A DNA stretch of 55,794 bases, counting the filler, from Basidioascus undulatus (lineage: Eukaryota), in assembly GCA_000826855.1 (NCBI GenBank). It is 5 parts of 5 records of this genome, joined end to end, with 100 filler letters (N's around TTAATTAATTAA, not from the genome) between each part and the next. Parts side by side here need not be neighbours in the genome. Positions count along the whole stretch, not along the records: positions 11,196 to 22,282 come from JTLS01001048.1; positions 22,383 to 33,462 come from JTLS01001049.1; 3 more parts are not named here. One strand, 5' to 3'. The stretch's first letter is position 1. The number at the start of each line of letters is the position of its first letter. Shown here one piece after another: positions 11,318 to 22,439 of this stretch. Made by a program: the position numbers and the translations under genes. The notes beneath the pieces were generated by a model. The model was not told where the DNA came from and did no database searches. It worked only from the letters and a program-made list of their open reading frames with translations.

Positions 11318-11771
11318 GTCGTATCCTCCCTCAACGGCCTTGCCTCCCTCCAAACCGACGACGACGACTCCACCTCCACCGCCTCCAGCCACCCGGGTCT
11401 CGCAAAGGGCCTCGCGCTGGGGCGACACCGGTCTTGGGGGCAGTTGGGCCGGGCTATTGGGCCGATATTGAGTGCGTCTCTCCTATTGTCCCTGTCCGCT
11501 TGCATTCCTAATCCCCCTCCTTCCCTCCCTCGTTCGCTCGCACGCACAGCTGCTAGTACGTCCCCCTTCCCTCCTCGCCCCTCTCTCCTTCCGTCGCTCC
11601 TCTCTCTTCTCCCGTTCTGGGCGAAACAAGACAAGAGAGCTGACAAATTGGGTGGGATTTTCAGCGCTCTACTGGCTCTACTCACCCACCGTCGCCTACG
11701 TCTCGCTCGCGCTCGCGCTCTACCCGCTCGGGTGCTTCGTCAGCTTGCCGAGCAGTCCGCGGTCGATCTAG
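11318..11771 (+). CDS. 3' exons of an MFS transporter (MFSD10/tetracycline-transporter-like), 5' part missing
   Basis: VVSSLNGLASLQ..AKGLALGRHRSWGQLGRAIGPIL|..ALYWLYSPTVAY; GT-AG intron; TAG at 11769-11771. Confidence 0.7.
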
Positions 11772-12400
11772 TCTTGTGGAGAGGGGGCTGTATCACCCGG
11801 GCGTTTGCTTGTTGAGCGCGGGTCGCTCGTTCGCATCGCTATGGCTTGAAATCGATTCGCGCCCAGGATCGGGCGTGGGATGATGACGGCGCACGGTTGA
11901 GGTTGAGACGTGCAGGAAGGAAAAGCGTACTGTTGGCGAGGGGCTTTCATGGAAGATATGGATGGTCTCTATATAGGAGTACTGTACAGGTTCACGAGCT
12001 CGCAGAGACGCCGGCAAGGAAAGTCGCAACGCGCGTCCGGCCTTCCAATATGCTGCTCTGTTCGCCTCCCCGTATCGCTAGGTAGAGCAAAGGCATTCCG
12101 TACCCCAGCCCTCATTTTTACTTTCGTTGAAATTGCTACGGCTTTCGCACCGTGTAGTTTATGAGAAGCACAGCACAAACGCAGCACAAAGCAAATCAGC
12201 GATGACGTCGGTTTCTGCTCTCTGTCGCGAGGACACCCAGCAGGCTCCAGCTATATGCCAAAGCGCAATACAGTTACATGAACGATCGTGGTGGGTAAAT
12301 AACATGGGGGTGAGGCTTGAGGGTCCCCCGAAGGTGCACTTTTGGGTCTTGGTGAAGATGCAGCTTGGGGACGGGGACTGCCGAACGGCAGGGAGCACAT

Positions 12401-15018
12401 CTACAACAACAAAAATCTATGTGATATAGACATTCGCACGCGAATGAACATGAGCAGAAGTGCGAGGCCCATAGAGAGCACTCCGGCTATCCAGAAAGCT
12501 TGACCCATCGGCGTCGGTTGGCTGTGAAGTGACAAGGCACAGGAAAGCAAGGAGTCAGACATGGGCGGACGAATTGGAGGGAAGGTGGGCAGCTTACAAG
12601 CGCCAGATGAGAGCGAAGATGACACCGCCGAGGTTCCCCATGGACCCGACGATGCCGGACATCATTCCGTTACTGGACGGGTTGAGGTGCGGGACCATGG
12701 CGAAGTCTGGGAAGCGGTGGGCTCAGCACGCCGGATGCTGGATTCGAGAGGGAACATACACTCACTCGTGCCGTTCGCCATCTCGCAGCAGAATGCGATG
12801 AGGACGATCAATCCGGTGACACCGCCGACGGACGGCTTGGCGTGGGTCATGTACATCCCGCAGCCGAGGAGGAAGACGCCCTGGCCGAAGCAGAGGCCGA
12901 GGGTGAGCCACTTCTTGGAGGAGACCTTGCCGCTGTGTCGCCAAACCACAACGTATCGGGCATGAGCCATTGAGAGCCTCAGCTCGGTCAAACTGTCCGA
13001 ATGGGACGTACGTCTTCTTGTAGAGCATGTCCGCAAGCAGACCTCCCGTGAAGCGAGTGAAGACTTGAAGGGATTATCGCGTCAACTGGGGAACTGAAAG
13101 ACGGAAAGGGGTCATACACGTGCGGTTCAGGAATCCGAAAATGCTCGCGAGGTAGCCCGCGTCAATCTGGGTGAAGCTCTTGCTGTCGAAGACTTTGTAG
13201 TACACGGTGGGGAGATTCGCCTCGATGCCGAGCCTGTCGTGGTGCCATCGGTGAGCGGACGTGCAAAGCGCAGTGGCGGAGAGGCTGCGCTTACTCGAGA
13301 CCGAAACTGATCAGGTATGCCAGCGCTGGCAGCCAGGTGAGAGGAGACCTGACAGAGTCCGTCAGTAACTTTGAGTAGGACAGGTTCAAGGACGTAAGCT
13401 GCTCACAGGATGACCGCCGAAGCAGAGTGCCAACTGAGGGGTTCCGAAGCCGGGACGGCCGTTAGAGCCTGAGCGCTAGGGCAACGGTGCGCAGAAACAG
13501 CAACAGCGCGGGTCTCCCCGCCGAGGGTCTTGGTCTTCTTCTCCTCGTCTTCGTCGTGCGTCTCGGGGATCTCGTTGGTGCAGACGAGCGCGGAGGGAGG
13601 GATCTCGTTGCGCTTGGACCAGTCGCCGTTGGGATGGTCTTGGCCGACGAGGAGGATGAGGATAGCGATGACGATAATGCTGAGGGGTTGTTCACTTTAG
13701 TGTGACTGGTAGAAGTGAATGGGAAGATAAGTCACAGAGGGACGGGCACGCAGACGAAGCTAACGCGCCAGGCGACGTGCGGGCGGAGGCCGCTGTCGAC
13801 GAGACGCTGGTAGAGGGCGACCATTACCTGCGCGATCAGACCTCTGTCAGCCTGGAATACTCCTGCATGATGCCGTTGAGCGTTCGTACAGCAAATGTAA
13901 CCTTAGCAGGCAGGTTACAGTCAGTTTCCCATCGCCTCAAGCCAGTCACGCTTGCGACACTCACCCCTCCGCCCAAGTTGCCCCAACCTCCTGACAAGCT
14001 GTTTGCACGGCCTACAACGGTCGGGTGGAACCAGGCCGTCGTCCAAGCCTCTGTACTGGAATGTCAGCGGCGTCGTACAACGCAGAGAATAAGGTCACAG
14101 CTCACGGCACGGCACGAAAGTCCCACCGAGAATGCTGCGCCGCCATGCACGCTTAGCAGTGAGCGGAGATGTCGGGAGAGAATAAGCTCACCCAATGAAG
14201 AAACGTCTGACGGAGAGAATATCAGCTTCCTGCTTTCGCCACGACAGATGGGCGATCGGACCAACATAACGTAGAGGCTGCCCGCGTCGTGAGCGGCGCC
14301 TGCGAGGCCGGAAGGAATAGCGCCAAGGAGCAAGAGACCCGCCATGACCTAGAATATGAAGACCTTGCTAGCCTGCGAACACTCTAAAATTGTGGCTCAG
14401 TTCGCACCTTGCGAGGCCCATAGCGATCGCAAAGCGGGCCGGCAATGATGCGGATAATGAAGGCTGCACAAATGTGTAAGCAACGGTCGACAGTTGATGG
14501 AATTGGAATCAATTCACTAGCTAGCAGAGCAATAATGTTGCTGTGGGAGCGAAGCTGTCAGTACACGGTAGATGCCAAACGACGACATGGAGAGCGTACC
14601 TGTTCCCGACTTGCTTGAAGTCAAGTTCAAGTCCGCCTTGACCGTTTCCTACAAGAGTCTCCGTGTTTCCTGTCCAGCAAAGCCCATCTTCTTCCACGCA
14701 AAAAAAGGCGTCAACGCACAGGAGTGAGCGCGCTAAAAGCGAACCACGCGAAGAAGGCGGACTGTCAAGAAAGCGCAGTGAGCTGTCGTGTCCCGAGCGT
14801 GGACTGTTAGAGGACGAGCGTACGAAGAAGCCGATCCAGGCCAGGTGCAGGACGACGCCATGTTTGGAGCGCAAGTTGAAGATGGGGATAGTGTACGACT
14901 TTCCGGTGAGCGGGTCGAGGGACGGATTCCCCCAGAGCGACGAGATGGTGAAAGGGGGCGGGGTGAGCGCAGTCTCGGTCGCCTCGATTGAGCGCTCGAT
15001 GTTCGTCTCGACGGCCAT
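12401..15018 (-). CDS. NRT2: high-affinity nitrate/nitrite transporter (NNP/NRT2, NrtA/CrnA-like), many exons, one apparent -1 frameshift near 14617
   Basis: [61 protein letters not shown]; nitrate signature [45 protein letters not shown]. Confidence 0.92.
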
Positions 15019-15186
15019 GGTTATCCTCAATGCGCGCGGTCACTGAAAGTTTGCTTTGGGCTGAGACTGGGAGACGAGGGTGGAAGAGAGGTATCGGAAG
15101 GGGTCGAAGACGAGGAGGAGGTGCAGCAGAGGGGTAAAAGACCGCCATTCACTGGCAGTTAATATTATGAGGACGCCCAGATTCGA

Positions 15187-15583
15187 GATAAGCTATCTCC
15201 CCTTCCACCCCCCTCTGCCGCAGTGCCGTATTCTTCATGACGCTGGACAGCCAGGCATGGAGGCGGCTGGGTCCCGGGGAGCCAGAATGTCCTTATCTCG
15301 CAGCTTGTCTCCCAGCCTTCGATTCTCTCGACGCGGAGTTGGTCTACGGGGACGTAAGCACTCTCGACTAATAAAAAGTGATCGACGGCTGTGCGGCACT
15401 GCAAGAACACTTACGAGCGAGTTGTTCAGGAGGCACAGATATAAAGCTCGCACCGCATTGGTCGGCGAGAAGTTCCCTGTCGCTCTCGAGTTCTGCAAAT
15501 GCATCTCTCACCTACGTCAGTTATTTTCGGCCCAAGTGGCGCTCGGTAAGGTAAAAGTACGGAGATAAGAAGGTGTAGATAAG
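15187..15583. promoter_or_regulatory. cluster of GATA (AreA/Nit2-type) sites upstream of NRT2
   Basis: GATAAG at 15187, 15564, 15578; CTTATC at 15292; CTATCT at 15193; all 170-570 nt upstream of the ATG. Confidence 0.6.
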
Positions 15584-15893
15584 CTTGGCGCCCTCTCATG
15601 AGGACTACGTCGCCGAGCGTTGAAATTTTTCGGAGACTGGCACATTAATCGTGCACCCGCCTCAATCCTACAATACACTCAAATTAGCTCCCACAATACA
15701 CGAAAAATCTAGAGAAGCAAATAACCCGAAGACGTGCAACACAAAACTAGGCGCTAGCTGTCTGTAACGTGTGATTTTATACAGCGAGCTGCAGACCTGC
15801 TCCTGGCCACGGTCAAGCTACTCATGACCAATCACCAAATGTTGGAAGACAGAGATTCAAAGGACTCAGAAAATACATCAAGCTTGTATATGC

Positions 15894-16927
15894 TCACGAC
15901 CCGGAATCGCCCTCCCTCCAGCGATCGACCTCCCTCCGCTTCGCCTCCTGCCTCGCCTGCTCCCGCCTGACCTGTTCCGCCCGAAACGCAGCCAACCACT
16001 CATTATTAGGAACTGGATAGTTCTCCGGTCCCCACTCCTCCGAGCCGCTGTCATCGTATCCAGTGCCTTGCTCGTCACAACTCTCGGGGTAAACACTGCC
16101 ATGCTCTTCGCCGGCACTGTCTCCTCCACTTCGTCCGCCAGTAGCGCTGCGGTTGCTAGAGCCGTACCGTCTAGGGATTCCGGTAGTGTTGGACTGGGTG
16201 GGACCGGCGAGGCGCATGCGGTGCTCGAAGACACGGCCGTAATCGACCCGGGAGAGGACGGCATGCGGATCGAAGTGTCGAAAGTGCAGGCCGCGTAGTC
16301 CACCTAGTAAGCCACCGTATTCCAGCACGGAAGCAAGAACTGTACGTACTTTTGTATCTCCGGTAAAATCAACGAGCCTTGTCAGCGCACCAGTCGGCCG
16401 TGTCGAGGCGTGCGTCGCCGAAGCCGAGAGGGCTCGGCGCAGGCCGAGGCGAGGCGAGGCAGTCGGGAAGAGGGATAAGGCGGTTGTAGAAATCACGCTA
16501 ATCGGTTTGGAGAACCCTCGACGAAGGCGAGCGGGTCCGGCCGGAGGGAGAAGGACCGCATAGGCCACAGCCTGACGTCGGCAGTCGCAGGCGAGTTCAT
16601 GCGGAAGGACTCGACGATGAATGTGCGAATTGGAGGGTTGTCTTCATTCTCTTTGCCCAGGTCTGAGCCAGATGCAGCACTGGTTGAGATCGAGGCGCTC
16701 GGGGCGCGGCTCTCTGTGCCGAGGTAGAGCTGATCGAGAGGATAGCGAAGTGGATCCTGCCGGGACGAGGGGTCAGCGCGCCTGGTTCCTGGATGCCACT
16801 CCCGAGGACGGGAACCGAGACCGCCATGCTGAAGCCATGTTGGCGTACGGCGCAAGGAATGATGGCGGGAGCGGGAGGGCAAGGCGCGGGCGGCCGCTGA
16901 AATGGAACTTCTGGCTTGCGGGGGCAT
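15894..16927 (-). CDS. hypothetical low-complexity protein, spliced or frameshifted
   Basis: Overlapping minus-strand ORFs with protein-like composition, an intron at ~16304-16349 (GTACGT..CTAG), C-terminus WLAAFRAEQVRREQARQEAKRREVDRWRE. Confidence 0.35.
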
Positions 16928-17376
16928 TGCGTAGTCGCCGATCGGCTGCTTGGCGCAGTACATCACTTTTCTGACTTCCATTTGGTGAAAGGAACCTAGG
17001 CTGCGGAAGACAAAGACTTTTTGCCACCAGGTCTCAGTAGCCTCCTACTGTAGATCCCCAGTGGCACAGCCGACGATAGAGGTACGAGCCGGATGACACG
17101 AAGTACACACCTTCCTGGCGACAGTCGATACGTGACCGTCAGAAAAAGGACACATTTATATGCAAAAACTACCGCAAGGCCTTACATTTCTTGTTCAAAT
17201 AAGCCGACCAGTACACCCCAGTGCGCGGCCCGGCAGTCCAGCAGCTTCAAAGCATAGCGTCGTTATTATCAATTTCTCGTTCTCTCTCTCGAGCATAGGA
17301 AAATCAAACATGGAAATACAGAGCCCTTCGTTCAGTCCCGCAACCAATACCCTCAGTCCTTCTCCCGACTCTGCGC

Positions 17377-20060
17377 TCAGCCGGACCAGTTGATCGTGCT
17401 GAGATCGATGCCCTCCCTGCGGGACAACGACAAGATCAGCGATGCTCCACGGTCGGACAGGATGGGAAGGGAGGGAAAAGGGAGAGTGGAAGGTAGATCG
17501 GCAGAGGGAAGGGGAAGGGGAGGAGCGGGAATGGGGATGTGAGGATGACGGAAGGGGAAAGACAAACGACGCACTGGACCATCTCCCACAGCGGGCTCAT
17601 CTCGCGCAGGCGGTTCACGACGGTGACGATCTTGTTGACGACGTCTACGCGCATAGCACCCCACCATGCCCCACAAGTCAGCCACACCACGCGACGAACG
17701 AAAGACGTCGGGGCGACGTACGGTCCACCTCCGCCTCAGTGGTGAACCGCCCGATCCCGAAGCGGAGGGACGAGTGCGCCATGTCGTCCGCAGCGCCTGT
17801 TCCACCGCACGCACACCATTCCAATAGCGTCAGGAAAAGGAAGAAGGGGAAGGGGGAAGAGGGAAGAGGGAAGGGGAGGGAGACGAACCGAGAGCGCGCA
17901 GAACGTAAGACGGCTCGAGCGAAGCGGACGTGCAGGCCGAACCGGACGAGAGCGCGACGTCCTTGAGCGCCATAAGGAGGGACTCGCCCTCGACGTACCC
18001 GAAGGAGAGGTTTACACAGCCGGGGTAGCTGGTCCGTCCCGCCCAAACCAGTCAGTACTGCCTTCTTCCTAAGAAAGCGGAAGACGGAAAGAGGGGAAGA
18101 CGAAAGAGGAGAACGGAGAAAGAGGAAGAGGAAGACGGGAAGACGAAGACGGAAGACGGAAAAAGACTAAGACGGAGAAAGAGCAAGACGGAAAAAGAGC
18201 AAGAAGGAAGAGCGAAGAAAGAGAAAGACGACCTACCCGTTCTCGTCCCCGTTCCTCACAACGTGCTCGAGCTTGCCCTGGATGCCTGCGAGGAGGCGGT
18301 CGCGCAGTGCGGAGATGCGCGCGTGGTCGCGCTGGCGGAGGCAGGCAATGTCAGTCAGTACGTCCGAAAACGCATCGTACACTGTCCCATCTCGAGAAGC
18401 CCCTCAGTACCCCTGCACGAGCGTCAATGCGGGGCCGGCGTCTGCCGCGAGAGCCAACAGCCGCCCCGCTCCTCGGCGGAGAAAAGAATGCGCCATCGTG
18501 CAAAGCCTCATCACCAAGCTCCCATCTCTCACTGCAAATGCCTAAACGAAACTTCAACCCCACTCACCTTCATCTCGACCTTTGCCAACCTCGCCGCCTC
18601 CCCCAGCCCCACAACCAGCGGCGCAGGGACGGTCCCGCTCCTCAGCCCTCTCTCCTGTCCGCCCCCACTCAGAATGGGCTCCAACCTAACGCGGGGGCGC
18701 CTGCGGACGTAGCACGCGCCCACACCCTTAGGCCCGTAGATCTTGTGCCCCGAGATGGACATGAGGTCGATGTTCATCTTCTGCACGTCCAAATCGATCT
18801 TGCCTACGGCTTGGGCGGCGTCCGTGTGGAAGTAGACGCCCTTATGCCGGCGCACGATCTTCCCGATGGACTCGAGCGGCTGGATCACACCGATCTCGTT
18901 GTTGACTGCCATGATGGAGACGAGCACTGTGTCGGGCCGGATCGCCGCTTCCAGCTCTTGCAGGTCTACGAGACCGTTCTGCTGGACGGGGAGGTACGTG
19001 ACCTCGAAGCCCTCTTCTTGCAAGACGCGGCACGAGTCCAGGACGCATTTGTGCTCCTGTTTCTCGGGAACGTGCGGGTCAACACTCGCCGCATACTTAT
19101 GGACGAGAAGAGAAGAGGGTGGTGGAACAGCAGGAGGAGGGGGGGAGGAAGACGCACAGTCTGCGTGGTGATGATGTGCTTCTTCCGGCCCTTGTTGAAG
19201 CGCGCGATGCCTTTGATCGACATGTTGTTGGACTCGGTCGCGCCCGAGGTAAGGACGATGTCCTTCGCGTCCGCGCCGATCAGGTCCGCGACGTGCTGTG
19301 CCATCGTCCATCCCACATCAGCCTCGGGCTCGGACACCAGCACTCCCTGCAGGACAAGTCATACCTTGCGGGCGGTGTCGACAGCCTACAGGAAGAATAA
19401 TCAGCAACCGCGTTGTTGATTGTATCGAAGGGGAGGAGGAATCCGCACCTGCTCGGCTTCCCACCCATAAGCGTGCGTCCGCCTTCACCCCCCGCTCGTC
19501 AGCTCCCTTCTCACGGACAGTTGCAGGCGCGAGACACGCACGAGTGCGGGTTCCCGTATTGGTTCGTCCAGTAGGGGAGCATCGCGTCGAGCACGCGCGG
19601 GTCGGTGGGGGTGGTGGCCTGTCGGGCCGAGAGTGAGAGCTTGGCCAGGAAAAGGGGGTGGGACGGAAGCGCACCTGCGCATCGAGGTAGATCGGGCGCG
19701 AGGCATCGCCGGCCTTGTGGTTGGCGGTGACGGAGAAGCCGAATGAGTCTGTATCACAATCGCAATCAGTCTCGTTGCCGTGAGAAGCCCAGCGTCTTCT
19801 TTCCTCGCCACACCCTCCCCCGCCCCCGACTCGGCCCCTCGTTCTCAACACTGTGCACCGGAGACCGAGTTACCAAGCGGCGCAATCACAGCTGCATCCA
19901 GCTCCTTCTGGCTCCCAATGCCGGGCGTCCCCCCAATCTCCAGCGGCGTCGCCATCCCTGCCGGCGCGGAGGGGACGACGAACGCCCTGCTCCCCGCCGC
20001 CGCCGCGCGGGTCGCCGCACGCGCGACGGTGGTGCGCGCTAGGGTAGTGCGTGAAATCAT
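17377..20060 (-). CDS. NFS1: mitochondrial cysteine desulfurase Nfs1 (IscS family)
   Basis: Arg/Ala-rich presequence [10 protein letters not shown]..; [42 protein letters not shown]-binding Lys in [12 protein letters not shown]; catalytic [37 protein letters not shown]. Confidence 0.97.
18070..18230. repeat. purine-rich GAAGAC/GGAAGA low-complexity repeat within an NFS1 intron
   Basis: Degenerate GAAGACGGAA units seen directly. Confidence 0.7.
18396..18522 (-). ncRNA. candidate intronic box C/D (snoRNA-like) RNA in NFS1
   Basis: Box C GTGATGA (18514-18508), box D CTGA (18407-18404), terminal stem GGAGCTT/GGGCTTC, internal stems TTTGCACGA/TCGTGCAGG and GCGGGG/CCCCGC, inside a ~230-nt intron. 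Confidence 0.5.
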
Positions 20061-20583
20061 GCTGGCCTGTCTGAATGTGCGATGCGGCGGAAGAGGGTGC
20101 GATGATGACGGCGGGAATCAAGGCAGGCGAGGCGTCGAAGGGAGGGAGGATGACAAAATCCCAGCTGTTTCGCTCGCTCGGGCCGGCCGAGCGAGTTGCC
20201 GCCGAGCACTCAGCACACGTCTGCTGCCCTTCCTGCCTTCCTCCCATCAACACCTCCCAATTCTCCTCATCAAGCAGATTCATGCTGCGACGAACGTCCT
20301 GCAGTCCCTGCAGACGCTTGCCATGTCCCGCCATGCCTCTCCCAGCCCACACAGGGGCCCCGCCGCAACGTGCTCGCATCGGCCGTTTAGCGTCGTCCTC
20401 CGTGTCGATCCTTGGGGATCCAGATCAGGTCACTCACCGCTATGGAGCTATATCCTGCATCCTCTCTCTGCCTTGTTTCTTGACCAGCAACATCGATCAT
20501 AATTCGCAGTATCGCCACTGCCCTGCTAACCCTACCTAATCTTCGAAACGACACTCACGAACTAAGCTCCCTTACGCCTCATC

Positions 20584-21030
20584 ATGTCTTCCACTCCTAC
20601 CTCCTCTTCACCTTCTTCAAGAAAGAGGAAGAACATACCCCTCGATGTCCGTCGCCCCTCCTCCAGCTGCAGCTGCAGATAAGCCAGCCGTCTAACGCCC
20701 GCCCGAGCGCAGGTCTTCCTCTGCACCGTCCAGACGCTCATCTCCGCCTTCATCTCAGGGGGTATCAACTTCGCTATCGGTACTTCCCCCTTCCCTCTCC
20801 CTCCCCTTTTCCCACCTGCTGATAAGCATCGTACCAGCCTTCGGAATGTACCACTCCCAATCCCTAATCCGCCTCTGGCCCTTCCCCAATACGATCGCCG
20901 GTCCGCTCCTCCTCCCGTCTCTCCCCCTCTCTAGCTCACTCTTCCCAACTCAACCCCAGGCGACCTCGCCGTGACGACCTTCATCCAAGGCACGCTCACC
21001 TACCTCCTGCTCTCCATCTCCCTCACCCCC
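20584..21030 (+). CDS. N-terminal part of a YPL162C-like fungal membrane protein, ends abruptly
   Basis: Spliced MSSTP..NIPLD|VFLCTVQTLISAFISGGINFAI|AFGMYHSQSLIRLWPFPNTIA|GDLAVTTFIQGTLTYLL; three GT-AG introns; family assignment from recalled motif. Confidence 0.6.
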
Positions 21031-21089
21031 TCCCCCGCGCAATCACACAAGGAACGCAGACCGACACCCCTCCCTCCGCAAACTCGCAG

Positions 21090-22064
21090 ATCTCATCCGA
21101 CACGGCAAGCACGGCCGCTCCTCAAACACCAACAACGCCAACCCTTCCAGCAACTCCAATGCCACAACGAACCTCAACACGACCTCCTCAAACTCCAACT
21201 CGTCAAACTCCAACACCTCCTCCGACCGCACCCCACACTCCTCCCCCGCGGCGTCGAGCAAGCAGCAGCAGCAGCAGCAGCAGCCCGCAGAGCCCCACCC
21301 TTCCGCCCAGGCGCAGCAGAACGTCGCACCGAGCCATCGCGACCCCGCCGCGGACATGCTCGCCCAGGCGCACCACGCCCGTGGCGGTGCGGCGGGGGCA
21401 GGGGGCGCGAGCAAGCGCGGCGGGGAGAACTACGCGAAGGAGGCGGAGATGATCGTCGAGGAGGAGAAGCGGGAAAAGAGCAAGCTTGTGCGTTCCGTTC
21501 CCTCTCACTTGCGGGCGAGCTGGCTGACGCCGGGGATTTGACTGGGACGGAGCAGCCGCGATATGAGGGCCTCGAGCGCTTCCGTCTCGTCGAGAAGATG
21601 GGCGACGGCGCGTTCTCGAACGTGTACAAGGCGATCGACACCCAGACGGGGCAGAAGGTCGCCGTCAAGGTCGTGCGAAAGTACGAGCTCTCGCACAACC
21701 AGGTTAGTCGTCCTTCTCCATCTCCACCCTCCATCCCATCCCGCATCTCTCCTCTCTTCCTCTCTCTCGGTGGCGGTGGTGTGGGTCTCGATGGCGCGAG
21801 CAATGCGCCCACTCTCCTGTGTACCCCCGTACCACACCCACAACCCCCTTGCATGGCGGGCAGCCAACTGACTCCCCCTACCTTCCCTCCTTGCTCCCCC
21901 CCTCCACCCTTCTGTTCTTCCCTTCACTTTACCTTGCTTTCCTTCCTGCCCTTCCCGTTTTACTCTTCTTCTTGCTCTTTCTCTTCTCTTCGCCTCGACC
22001 CGGTCGCTGCCTCGCGCCATAGCACCTCAACCCCAACTTCAAGAAAAGGCCGAGGGTGACCGAG
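21090..22064 (+). CDS. CAMK-family Ser/Thr kinase (Rck2/Srk1/MAPKAP-like), first exon and 3' part missing
   Basis: LIRHGKH N-terminal motif; IVEEEKREKSKL|PRYEGLERFRLVEKMGDGAFSNVYKAID..VAVKVVRKYEL|HLNPNFKKRPRVTE; runs into the contig end. Confidence 0.88.
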
Positions 22065-22282
22065 GTAAGCGTCTGCTCTCCATCCGCTACCCTCCTTCCT
22101 CCCCCACTTTCCACTTTTTGCCTTCGCCTTTTCTTTCGCGCTTCGAATCCTCGCTTCCCTCGTTTCGACGCGCGCGGCGCGGCGCGAGTCTTGTCGTCCC
22201 TAGTCCAGCCTGCCTGAAATCGAGAGAAGTCCTTCTGACGCATGCCTCTCCCCCTCCCCCTCCCCCCTCCCCCCCCTCCACT

Positions 22283-22382
22283 NNNNNNNNNNNNNNNNNN
22301 NNNNNNNNNNNNNNNNNNNNNNNNNNTTAATTAATTAANNNNNNNNNNNNNNNNNNNNNNNNNNNNNNNNNNNNNNNNNNNN
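22283..22382. other. artificial contig linker
   Basis: N44-TTAATTAATTAA-N44. Confidence 0.99.
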
Positions 22383-22439
22383 CTTCCTCTTCCCCCCCGC
22401 CCTCCTCCACGCACGTCCCTGTTCCCGACCACTCACGGC

